Positions 9,178-17,997 of a stretch of DNA of 64,000 nt are shown piece after piece. The notes beneath the pieces were generated by a model. The model saw only the letters and a list, made by a program, of their open reading frames with translations. It searched no databases and had not been told where the DNA came from. Both the position numbers and the translations under genes were made by a program. The first letter of the stretch is position 1; each line of letters begins with the position of its first letter. Source of the DNA: an uncultured delta proteobacterium (lineage in GTDB: Bacteria; Desulfobacterota; Binatia; Binatales; Binataceae); contig CAVRVY010000003.1 of the NCBI GenBank assembly GCA_963724765.1, positions 736,001-800,000 of the forward strand. The letters run 5' to 3'.

Positions 9178-11316
9178 TCAGTTCGCCTGCTCCCAGTTGC
9201 TCCCGCCGTCGAAGGTGCTGTAGGTGACGCCGCCTGCGGTGAAGATGGTGGCGACGTCCTTGCTCGCGGCGGTAACTCCGATCACGTCGGAGGCCGTCGG
9301 CGAGTTGAGCCGCTCCCAATGCATCCCGTCCGTGGTCAGCAGGATGACGCCCTTGCGGCCGACCGCCCAACATACCGTGTTCGATGGCGCCATGCCGGCC
9401 AGCAGATCGGCTTGGACGCCGGTGGATTGCTGAGCCCAGCTCTTGCGATCATTGGTGCGATAAATCACCCCGGAATTCTGCAGCGACCAGTACACCGAGT
9501 GATCCGGCGACGAGACTAGGCTCGCGCGCGGCGCAACCGGTATGCCAGGAGCGATCGCCACCACGGCCGGCGCGCTGGCGGCCGGCCGGTCCGCCATCGC
9601 GATCTCGTTGCCGGCGCGAGCTGCGCCGGCCGCCGGTCGAGGCGGCGCGGCTGCCGTCCGCATCTGGACCGCAGCCGCTGATTCCTTCGCCTGCGCCTCG
9701 CGCCGCGCCTGCTCCACTCGCCGCTTCAGGTCGGCGTCGCGTTTTGCCTGTTCCGCTTTTCGCGCCAAATCCGCTCTATGGGCCAGAGCCGCTCTGCGGG
9801 CCAAGTCTGCTTTACGCGCGACCTCCGCCTCGCGTTTTTCTTCCGCGATTTGGTCTCGAGCGATTTGTTCCTGTGCGAGATCGCCTTGCGACGTTTTCGC
9901 TGGCGCTGGGGCCACGATGTCCTTCTGGAACTGTTCCAGGTGCGTCGGCGGGGCAACCGCGGCAAGTTCCTGTTGCTTCTGGTTGACGCGGTCGGGTGCC
10001 GCGGCCGTAGCGGCCCGCGCGGCGGTTTCCGTAGCGGGGGGCGCAGCCTTTCTGGCTGCGATCTGGCCGGCGGCCGTGCTCTGCGCGGCGACTGCGCCCG
10101 CGCCGATAGCCGCGCCGGCGATCGGCGCTGCAGTGATCGCCGCCGCGGTGTCTTTCGATCCGGCCGCTGCCGCGCCGGAGGATGTTGGAGGCGTTGCCCG
10201 AGATGTTGCGGGAGCCGTTGCAATTGATGGCATTGCAGCCGCCGCCGAAGCCGCCGCGGCGGGCGTGGTAATCGATGGTGCGGCGGCGGCTGGCGCCGCG
10301 GCAACCGGCGGCACAGCCGACGTTGAAGGCGCGGCGCTGGCGGCTGGCCCGGGCGTTGCGGCTAACGCGCCTAAGGCGGCGGCCGCCTGATCGGCAGTTG
10401 CCGCGGTAGCTTCATTCTGCTCGCTGTTCGCCGGCGCTACCGGCGGCTGCGTGGGAAGGGCGGCCTCCGCGGGCCCACGGGCTTGCGCATTGGCGGGCGC
10501 GTTAGAAGATCCGCCAGCCGTGCCTGCGGCTGTCCCGCCGACAGTGCCGCCGACTTTTGCTTCGGCAGACGTCTCGCCAGGTGCGGTTGGCGGAGCAGCG
10601 GCGGCCGGAGCGGTGCTGCCCGACTTGCGCTCGGCGGGCGCGAGGGGGGCCGACGACCTGTTGCCCGAAATGTTGGCCGGCTTGTTTTCCGGCTGGTTAT
10701 CGTTGAGCGCCAAATCGGGCTGGTCCGAAGCGGCGCTGGAAGAGGGATGCGATTCGTGACGATGATGCCGCGGCGCAACCTTCACCGCGGCGACCTGTTC
10801 GCTCTCTTCCCACCCCACCCTGCCCTGGTACACGTGCACGCCGGCGGCGACGACGACCGCGAGCATCGCGATGGCCGCCGCGGAGACCCCGGCGATGCGC
10901 CACGCGGGGCGGATCTCGAACCAGCGTTCGCGGATGCCAGTTGACTCAGCCGCCGCCCTGCGCGCCGCGGCGGCGGCGAAACCTCCCGCCTCGGAGGCGG
11001 TGTCAACCGTCGGCGCCGCGCGCAGCAGCGCCGCCAGTGTGCCCTGGCATCGCGCGCACCCGGAGAAGTGGGTCTCCAGGCGCGCGCGCTCGACCCGGCT
11101 GAGTGCGTATTCGTAGTAGGACGCGATCACGTCGGAGGAGGGACACTCGGCGCCCTCGGAAGTGTCCGACTCCTCGTCGCCGGGATTGCGGGAAGCGCCA
11201 AGCGCGAGCTTGACCGCGGCCGCGAAACGGTCCTCAAAATCATCGAGCGCCAAGCCAGAACTCCCTATGACCGGAAAATCCTGAGAATTGAACTCTCTGT
11301 GATTGGAACGGACCAA
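9178..11316 (-). CDS. Zinc-finger anti-sigma factor with a TM helix, long Ala/Pro-rich linker and coiled coil, and a C-terminal YCF48/BNR-like domain
   Basis: HFSGCARC (HxxxCxxC), TM segment IAGVSAAAIAMLAVVVAAGV, Asp-box-like TNDRKSW, TTDGMHW and TFDGGSNW; start uncertain. Confidence 0.8.
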   Translation of the reverse strand: MVRSNHREFNSQDFPVIGSSGLALDDFEDRFAAAVKLALGASRNPGDEESDTSEGAECPSSDVIASYYEYALSRVERARLETHFSGCARCQGTLAALLRAAPTVDTASEAGGFAAAAARRAAAESTGIRERWFEIRPAWRIAGVSAAAIAMLAVVVAAGVHVYQGRVGWEESEQVAAVKVAPRHHRHESHPSSSAASDQPDLALNDNQPENKPANISGNRSSAPLAPAERKSGSTAPAAAAPPTAPGETSAEAKVGGTVGGTAAGTAGGSSNAPANAQARGPAEAALPTQPPVAPANSEQNEATAATADQAAAALGALAATPGPAASAAPSTSAVPPVAAAPAAAAPSITTPAAAASAAAAMPSIATAPATSRATPPTSSGAAAAGSKDTAAAITAAPIAGAAIGAGAVAAQSTAAGQIAARKAAPPATETAARAATAAAPDRVNQKQQELAAVAPPTHLEQFQKDIVAPAPAKTSQGDLAQEQIARDQIAEEKREAEVARKADLARRAALAHRADLARKAEQAKRDADLKRRVEQARREAQAKESAAAVQMRTAAAPPRPAAGAARAGNEIAMADRPAASAPAVVAIAPGIPVAPRASLVSSPDHSVYWSLQNSGVIYRTNDRKSWAQQSTGVQADLLAGMAPSNTVCWAVGRKGVILLTTDGMHWERLNSPTASDVIGVTAASKDVATIFTAGGVTYSTFDGGSNWEQAN

Positions 11317-11343
11317 CCGCCAAATCGTGCAACGTGCGCGGCC

Positions 11344-12207
11344 TCACTTCGACTCCGAAAACGCGCGCCCCAGATCGAACGGCCATTGCTCGGATGCATA
11401 ATCATAGCACAGCCGGATTTGTTCTTCGCTCAAATGTTGTTCGCGCCGCAGCCAGCGTTCGACCCGTTGCTTGAGATCGCTGCGAGTTTGCTGCAGCCTG
11501 CGCGATACGCTGGAAGGATGCTCGTGCAGGAGCCGGGCGATCTCTCTTAGCGTGAGGTTTTCCAGGTAGTAGTAGCCCAGGCGCAACCGGTCGCGCGCCT
11601 CGAGCGCGCCGAGCGCCTCGCTAAGCGCCGTGCCAAGCGCGTTCACGTAGCGAAAGCGATCGGGGTCGGACGGATCTACCTCCGTCGCAGGTTCGTTCGG
11701 ACTGCTCTCCAGCCGCTTAATCTGCGCCGCCTTGCGTGTCAAGTCAACGAAGCGCCGCGCGAGCATCGCGTGCAGCCAGGTCCCGAGCGAACTGCGCCCG
11801 CCGTAGTAGCCGAGCAGCGAGCGGCGCTCTTGCGAGCGCGGTTCGATCCCATACAGGTCCGCCCACAGCGAATCCGCCAGGTCCCGCGCGTCGGCTTCGT
11901 CGTGGGTCAAGGCGTGCGCCGCGTTGTACATCACGGGCCGGTACTTTTCGATGAAGCCCTCCCAGGCGCGCTCGGCGCCATGCGCGCAGGCGTGCGCGAG
12001 CACGAGGTCGTCGGCACGCAGCGTATCGAGGTATTCGTCGATCGCGGCCGGCTTGGCTTCAGTGTTCCACGACAACACGCTCCGATGCAGCGCCATCCCG
12101 AGGTCGGCCGGGGAGAGGCCGAAGCCGTCGGCGTTGCCGCGCCGATGCAGGCGCATGATCGCCTGCGCGTGCAAGACCAGGAATTCGGCTAACGGGTCGG
12201 TCGGCAT
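11344..12207 (-). CDS. ECF-type sigma-70 factor
   Basis: DLVLAHAC..G.ERAWEGF, YGGRSSLGTWL (region 2), LTLREIARLLHEHPSSVSRRL (region 4); adjacent anti-sigma; start 12207 or 12225. Confidence 0.85.
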   Translation of the reverse strand: MPTDPLAEFLVLHAQAIMRLHRRGNADGFGLSPADLGMALHRSVLSWNTEAKPAAIDEYLDTLRADDLVLAHACAHGAERAWEGFIEKYRPVMYNAAHALTHDEADARDLADSLWADLYGIEPRSQERRSLLGYYGGRSSLGTWLHAMLARRFVDLTRKAAQIKRLESSPNEPATEVDPSDPDRFRYVNALGTALSEALGALEARDRLRLGYYYLENLTLREIARLLHEHPSSVSRRLQQTRSDLKQRVERWLRREQHLSEEQIRLCYDYASEQWPFDLGRAFSESK

Positions 12208-12341
12208 CGTGGGCCGCCGCGGCACGCTCCATCGGCGCCTCGCGGGGGTCTAAGCAGGTATACCGAAAAGAGCCGCGATAGCGAAAAGCCGATTTCTGGG
12301 ACAACGAAAAGCTGGATTGGAAAACGGCGCGGGGACGCCGC

Positions 12342-13874
12342 TTACGGGGCGGGGCGGTCGAGCGAGCGGTACTGGATCGCCTCGCTCACGTGTCGAGCTT
12401 CGATCGGGCCGCCGCCGTCGAGGTCGGCGCAGGTCCGCGCGACCTTCAGGATGCGCGTATAGGCGCGCGCGCTCAGCCCCAGCCGATTGATCGCGAGCTC
12501 GAGCAGCCGCTCGCCCGCGGCCTCGACCTGGCAATGGCTATGCAATTCGCGCGCACCCATCTGCGCGTTGCAGAAGACCCGCGACCCGGCGTAGCGCTGG
12601 AGCTGGACCCCGCGCGCACGGTTGACCCGCTCGCGAATCGACTCCGAGGCCTCGCCCGACGTGCGCGCGGTAAGCTCGCGGTACTTGACCGCCGGAACTT
12701 CGACGTGGATGTCGATGCGATCCAGCAGCGGCCCCGAGATACGCGAGCGGTAGCGCTGGATCATCAGCGGCACGCAGGTGCATTCGTGTTGGCTGTCGGT
12801 GTAAAAACCGCACGGACACGGATTCATCGCCGCCACCAGCATCACGCTGGCCGGGAAGCTCATCGTACCCATTACACGCGCGATGGTGATGCGGTTGTCC
12901 TCCAGCGGCTGCCGCAGAACCTCGATCACGTTCTTGCGGAACTCGGGCAGCTCGTCCAGGAAAAGCACCCCGTTGTGCGCGAGGGAGACCTCGCCGGGGC
13001 GCGGCACCGTGCCGCCGCCGATCAGCCCGGCATCTGAGATCGTATGATGCGGCGCGCGGAAGGGCCGCGTCGCGATCAGCGCCCGCCCGTCCATTACGCC
13101 CGCCACGCTATGCACCTTGGAGGTCTCGATTGCCTCTTCGAAGGTCATTGCCGGCAAGATTGTCGGCAGCCGCTTGGCCAGCATCGTCTTGCCCGAACCC
13201 GGCGGCCCGACCATCAGGACGTTATGTCCGCCCGCGGCGGCGACCTCGAGCGCGCGCTTGGCCTGCTCCTGGCCACGCACTTCGCTGAAGTCGACCTCGT
13301 AATGGCTCGCGGCGGTGAACAAATCGCCGACGTTGGAGGAGTATGGCTCGATCTCGCGCAGCCCCTCGAGGAAGTCGACTGTGTCGCGCAGGGTTTCGAC
13401 GCCAAGCACTGCCGTGCCGTTGCTCGCGACCGAGGCTTCGGCGGCGTTTTCGCGCGGCAGAATGATGCCGGCGTAATGTTTCGAGCGCGCAAGCAGCGCG
13501 CTCGGCAGCGCGCCGCGGATTCCTTTGATCCGGCCGTCGAGCGCAAGCTCGCCCTGGATCAGGTAGTTGCGCACCCGGTCGGCGCTGAGCGCGCCGGTGT
13601 TGGCGGCCAGGATGGCGAGCGCAATCGGCAGGTCGAAGGATGAGCCTTCCTTGCGCGTGTCGGCCGGCGCCAGGTTGATGGTTATCTTGCGGTTGGGAAA
13701 CTCGTAGCCGGAATTTTTGATCGCTGCCTTGACCCGCTCCTGGGCCTCGCGCACCGCGCCCTCGGCGAGGCCGACGGTCCTGAGCTGCGGCACTCCGCCC
13801 GAGATGTCAACCTCGACTTCGACCGGGAAGGCATCCACCCCCGCAAGCGCACTTGAAAGAACGCTGGCTGACAA
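12342..13874 (-). CDS. comM: YifB/ComM family Mg-chelatase-like AAA+ ATPase
   Basis: [59 protein letters not shown]. Confidence 0.93.
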   Translation of the reverse strand: MSASVLSSALAGVDAFPVEVEVDISGGVPQLRTVGLAEGAVREAQERVKAAIKNSGYEFPNRKITINLAPADTRKEGSSFDLPIALAILAANTGALSADRVRNYLIQGELALDGRIKGIRGALPSALLARSKHYAGIILPRENAAEASVASNGTAVLGVETLRDTVDFLEGLREIEPYSSNVGDLFTAASHYEVDFSEVRGQEQAKRALEVAAAGGHNVLMVGPPGSGKTMLAKRLPTILPAMTFEEAIETSKVHSVAGVMDGRALIATRPFRAPHHTISDAGLIGGGTVPRPGEVSLAHNGVLFLDELPEFRKNVIEVLRQPLEDNRITIARVMGTMSFPASVMLVAAMNPCPCGFYTDSQHECTCVPLMIQRYRSRISGPLLDRIDIHVEVPAVKYRELTARTSGEASESIRERVNRARGVQLQRYAGSRVFCNAQMGARELHSHCQVEAAGERLLELAINRLGLSARAYTRILKVARTCADLDGGGPIEARHVSEAIQYRSLDRPAP

Positions 13875-14060
13875 TCGCTACTCCACACCCCGATGCTCCA
13901 CTGTCTTCCACAGTGGTTAACGACGATGCCTAAGTACATTCCGATGAGTGCGTGCGCGCAATAGCGCTTTCTACCGCTGCGCCTGCAGAACGGTGAATTT
14001 GCACTGATTCACTGGTTCGTCGGCGCAACTTCGCGTGCGACGCGCGAGCCCGCCGCGGAA

Positions 14061-15284
14061 TCAGCCCCAGACCGCGCCCTCGGCGATCAGTTCCGCGCGC
14101 TCGACGCGCCCAAGCCCCAATAGCTCGCCCAGGATGTAGTCGTTGTCCTCGCCGACTTCGGGCGCCACCGTGCGAATTGATCCGGGAGTCGCCGAAAGGC
14201 GCATCGGCACACCCGTCACCCGGGTAAAGCTGTTATCGGGAAGTTTGACCGGAGCGAAGAAGCCGCGCTCGGCCAGGTGCGGATCGGTTGCGAGCTCGGC
14301 GCCGTTGAGCACGACGCCGGCGGCGACGCCCGCGCCTTGCAGCAGCGCCATCGCGGCCTCGGCCTCAATAGTTGCGGCCCATCGCGCGACATGCGCGTCG
14401 AGTTCCTCCCGATTGCGCATCCGGAGGTAGAGCGTGCGGAATTTGGGCTCCGTTGCCCATGCTGGATTACCAATCGCGCCCGCGAAGCGTTCCCATTCGG
14501 CCTGCGAGTGCACCGCAATCACGATCCAGCGGTCGTCGTCGTCGCCGCGCGGACGGCATCGGTAGACGCCGTGCGGAGCGGCGGGCGTCTCCTGCGAACG
14601 CCATCCGGGCGGCTCCTGCGTGCGGCCGTTGACCGAGATGTCGAGCAGCGCCGGCCCGGCCAGGCTCGCCAGCGCCTCGAACTGCGACAGGTCGACGAAC
14701 TGGCCGCGTCCGGTCCGCTTGCGATGCCACAGCGCAATCAGCGCCGCCAGCGCGCCGGTATAGCCACCTGCCATGTCGGCGTAGGAGTAGCCGAAGCCTG
14801 CGGGCCCGCCGTGCGAATCGGCCATCATGCGCGTGAATCCCGCCAGCCCATGGAGCGTCGGCCCATAGCTAACGTAGTTGCAGCGCGGCCCGGTATGTCC
14901 CAGCCCCGACATGCTGATGCTTATGATGTCCGGTTTAATTTTCGCCAGGCTCGCGTAGTCCATCCCCCACATCCGCATCACGCGCGCCGAGAAGTTGTCC
15001 ATCACCAGGTCGCTTATCGCGGCGAGACGGCGCGCCAGCTCGACGCCGCGCGGCTTGGTCATATTGATCGCGGCCGAGCGTTTGTTGCGATGCAGTTCCC
15101 CCTGCAGGCCGGTACGCCGCGGGCCCAGCACGCTCATCGCGTTTTCGTCGCCGCGCTCGATCTTGATCACCTCGGCGCCCTGGTCGGCGAGAATCCGCGT
15201 CGCCACCGGTCCGGCGACGACCCAGGTGAAGTCGAGGATGCGCACGCCCTTCAGCGCCATCCGCGCCGTCGCGATCTGGGTCAT
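14061..15284 (-). CDS. CaiB/BaiF (family III) CoA-transferase, catalytic-type subunit
   Basis: LKGVRILDFT..AGP, LADQGAEVIKIE, HRNKRS, YSYADMAGG, RTGRGQFVD. Confidence 0.9.
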   Translation of the reverse strand: MTQIATARMALKGVRILDFTWVVAGPVATRILADQGAEVIKIERGDENAMSVLGPRRTGLQGELHRNKRSAAINMTKPRGVELARRLAAISDLVMDNFSARVMRMWGMDYASLAKIKPDIISISMSGLGHTGPRCNYVSYGPTLHGLAGFTRMMADSHGGPAGFGYSYADMAGGYTGALAALIALWHRKRTGRGQFVDLSQFEALASLAGPALLDISVNGRTQEPPGWRSQETPAAPHGVYRCRPRGDDDDRWIVIAVHSQAEWERFAGAIGNPAWATEPKFRTLYLRMRNREELDAHVARWAATIEAEAAMALLQGAGVAAGVVLNGAELATDPHLAERGFFAPVKLPDNSFTRVTGVPMRLSATPGSIRTVAPEVGEDNDYILGELLGLGRVERAELIAEGAVWG

Positions 15285-15286
15285 AG

Positions 15287-16516
15287 TCAGATCACTCCCT
15301 CGGCAGCCAACGCGGCGAGTTCGTCCGCGCCGAGACCGAGCTCACCGCCGAGGATTTCATCGGTATGCTCGCCGACCAGCGGCGGCCGTCGCGTCACTCG
15401 CCACGGCGAACCGGTGAAGAGGTAGGGCGCGCCGGGATAGCGGAAGGTGCGGCCTAGCTCGGGATGCTCGACCTCGTGAAAATAGCCGCGAGCGGCCAAT
15501 TGCTCGTCGTCGAAAAGATCTTCTGGGTTGCGTATGGAGGCATAGGGAAGGCGCAGCAGTTGCGCGCGCTCCAATAGGTCGTCGCGCGAGTAGTCCTTGA
15601 CCCACTCGTCAAGAACGTCGAACAGATGCTCGGCGTCCTGACGCCGCTTGGCCACATCCTCCCATTCGGGAGCGGTCAAATCCTGCGCCTTGCCGTCGCC
15701 ATTGACCCATTCGACCAGCGAGGTCCAATCGCCCAGCGTGCAATGCAGCACGTGCCCGTCATGGCATCGTCCGATCCGAAAGAAGCGGCTCCAGTGCAGC
15801 GTGCCGTGGCGCCGTTCGATTTCACCCGTGCCGAAGAAGCTGGCCATGAGGTGCTCGACCGCGGAGGCCGTCGCCTCTTGCATGCTGAGGTCTATCCATT
15901 GCCCTTGCCATTTGCCTTCTCCTTGACCTTCGCCGGAGGAGTCGCGGGCCAAAAGCGCGCACATCGTAGCGATCGCCGCGTAGTATGACGCCGAGTGGTA
16001 CGCCTGCAAGCCGAAAGGCCGGACCGGCGCACGGTCGGGAAAGCCGTTGACGTAGAGCATCCCGGAAAGGGCCGTCAGCACGCTGTCGTCAGCTTCATAG
16101 CCGCTATACGGCCCGCTCTGTCCGAACGGCGCGATCGAGCACAGGACCAGCGCCGGGTTAAGCGCGTGCAAAACGTCCCATCCAAAACCCATCCGCGCCA
16201 TCTCGCCTGGCTTGAAACTTTCAATTACGACGTCCGCGCCTTCCGCGAGACGGCGCAATATGGCCGCGCCCTTGGGATGGCCAAGGTCGAGTGTCAGTGA
16301 GCGTTTGTTGAGGTTATAAAACCAAAAGAACAGGCTGCGGTCGCAATGGGGGAGGTCGTCGACGAACGGTCCGACATGCCGCGCCGAGTCGCCGCCGGGG
16401 GGTTCAATCTTGATCACGTCGGCGCCCATGTCGGCCAGCAATCGGGCGCACAGATGCCCCTTGAGGTCGGTCAGATCGAGGACGCGCAGGCCGGCCAGCG
16501 CGCGGCGCTCGGTCAT
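15287..16516 (-). CDS. CaiB/BaiF CoA-transferase, partner subunit
   Basis: LAGLRVLDLT, LADMGADVIKIEPPGGD, NLNKRSLTLD, PPLVGEHT. Confidence 0.9.
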   Translation of the reverse strand: MTERRALAGLRVLDLTDLKGHLCARLLADMGADVIKIEPPGGDSARHVGPFVDDLPHCDRSLFFWFYNLNKRSLTLDLGHPKGAAILRRLAEGADVVIESFKPGEMARMGFGWDVLHALNPALVLCSIAPFGQSGPYSGYEADDSVLTALSGMLYVNGFPDRAPVRPFGLQAYHSASYYAAIATMCALLARDSSGEGQGEGKWQGQWIDLSMQEATASAVEHLMASFFGTGEIERRHGTLHWSRFFRIGRCHDGHVLHCTLGDWTSLVEWVNGDGKAQDLTAPEWEDVAKRRQDAEHLFDVLDEWVKDYSRDDLLERAQLLRLPYASIRNPEDLFDDEQLAARGYFHEVEHPELGRTFRYPGAPYLFTGSPWRVTRRPPLVGEHTDEILGGELGLGADELAALAAEGVI

Positions 16517-16845
16517 CGGTCCACCTTGGCCGGGGCTTTTCTAAGTGCCATGGTTCTCAAAAAGAGCGTCGGTGGGAGCTGTATAGGGGATGATAGGGGA
16601 GCGGGAATTCGTTTTCAAATCGCAAATCCGGCGATATGGCATAGTGAAGCTTGGAAGCGCGGCAATAGGCAGCAACCTGCCAACGCGGCTTCTATCCAAA
16701 GCCAGTGCAATGAAACGTTTCAAGGCTGCAAATACCAACAATTTCTGTATCGACCCCGTTGTGCACGATATATAAGATGGCCTCTCGCGCCGAATCAGCA
16801 CAAATACGGCTGAGCGCGCCAAAGTCGCGTCATCGGGGGGGAACA

Positions 16846-17583
16846 ATGGCCGACAATTCGGGCTTCAGAGTCGACAGACTCGGCAGCGTCGACGCCAGAA
16901 TTGGGGGTAATGGCGTCGGTCGCATTTTCACGATCCTGGATTATCCATGGATCGCGATCTGGATGAGCCCGCGCGAGACGATCAAAAAGATCGTCGATCG
17001 CGACCCGACCTACCAGGTGATCATGCTCGGAGCGCTGTCGGGCGCACTGTTGATGCTCAATTCGATGCTGGGTGCGGTGCTCGGCTTCGCCCCGACCCCG
17101 CTGCCCGCAGCCTTGGTTCCGTACTTGCCGATCCTGACTTTCGCGAGTCCGTTCCTCGGCGCGTTGTTTGGGCTTCTGGGACTGTACAGCACCGCGTTCA
17201 TGATGCACTGGGCCGGCCGTGCGCTTGGCGGCGTCGGTAACGCGCTCACGGTGCGAGCGGCGGTTGCCTGGTCCGAGGTGCCGCAGATCTGCCTCTCCGT
17301 CGTGATGCTGTTGATCCTTCTGGGCACCGGAGTCTGGCAGGCGCTGGTCCCCTCGATGCCAGACCCCAATGCCGCAGCCGCAGCCGCGGCCGCCGCCGCA
17401 AATCCGTTCACGCTAACGCGCGGAGTCGAGGCGATCATTTCGATCTGGTCGTTCATCCTGTTGTTGCACTGCGTTGGCGAGGTGCATCGTTTTTCGGCCT
17501 GGCGTGCGCTGGGCGCGTTCCTGCTGCCGGGAGTGATTTTTGCCGCGATTGCGATCGTCATCATTAAAATTGCCATGGCCTAA
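16846..17583 (+). CDS. Yip1-family membrane protein
   Basis: IWMSPRETI motif, about five TM helices, EVHRFSAWRAL; ATG at 16846 after a G-rich SD. Confidence 0.75.
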   Translation: MADNSGFRVDRLGSVDARIGGNGVGRIFTILDYPWIAIWMSPRETIKKIVDRDPTYQVIMLGALSGALLMLNSMLGAVLGFAPTPLPAALVPYLPILTFASPFLGALFGLLGLYSTAFMMHWAGRALGGVGNALTVRAAVAWSEVPQICLSVVMLLILLGTGVWQALVPSMPDPNAAAAAAAAAANPFTLTRGVEAIISIWSFILLLHCVGEVHRFSAWRALGAFLLPGVIFAAIAIVIIKIAMA

Positions 17584-17997
17584 GTGATGACCCAGCCGCC
17601 CCGGTCGCTCCGGATCCTCATTTGATCCCGCGCCGACGTTGGCGCCAGGAAAGCGGTTGAATCCTGCGCCGCAGGGACCTCCACCTATGCGAATGGCACG
17701 GATAAAATTGGTCAGCGCGGCATTGACCGCCATTGCTCGTCGCGATCGCCGGCGCGGCGCGGACGGCTATCAAAACCGAAATCAGGCGATGAAGGATTTT
17801 TTCCGCGAAATTTTCAAACAGGCGCGCGATCAGCGCCCTGGACGCGCCCGCCAGCGACCCCGCGCCCACACTCGCGGACGTCCACGTGTTACGTTAAGCT
17901 CGGTGCGCGGCCCTCGACGCGGCGCGCAACCAAGAGACGAGTGTGACGATATCCGGAGGGGCCGGCGCGCATCCTTTCGACGCCGGCCATTTTGCCT

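Noticed and set aside
12208-12304. Frameshifted N-terminus of the ECF sigma (out-of-frame ATG, MERAAAAH...)
   Set aside because: In-frame starts at 12225 and 12207 give a complete sigma; no sign the other frame is homologous
17584-17991. T-box riboswitch upstream of ileS (also sought at 43110-43430 before glyQS)
   Set aside because: No GGTGGNACC T-box motif or terminator/antiterminator pair found
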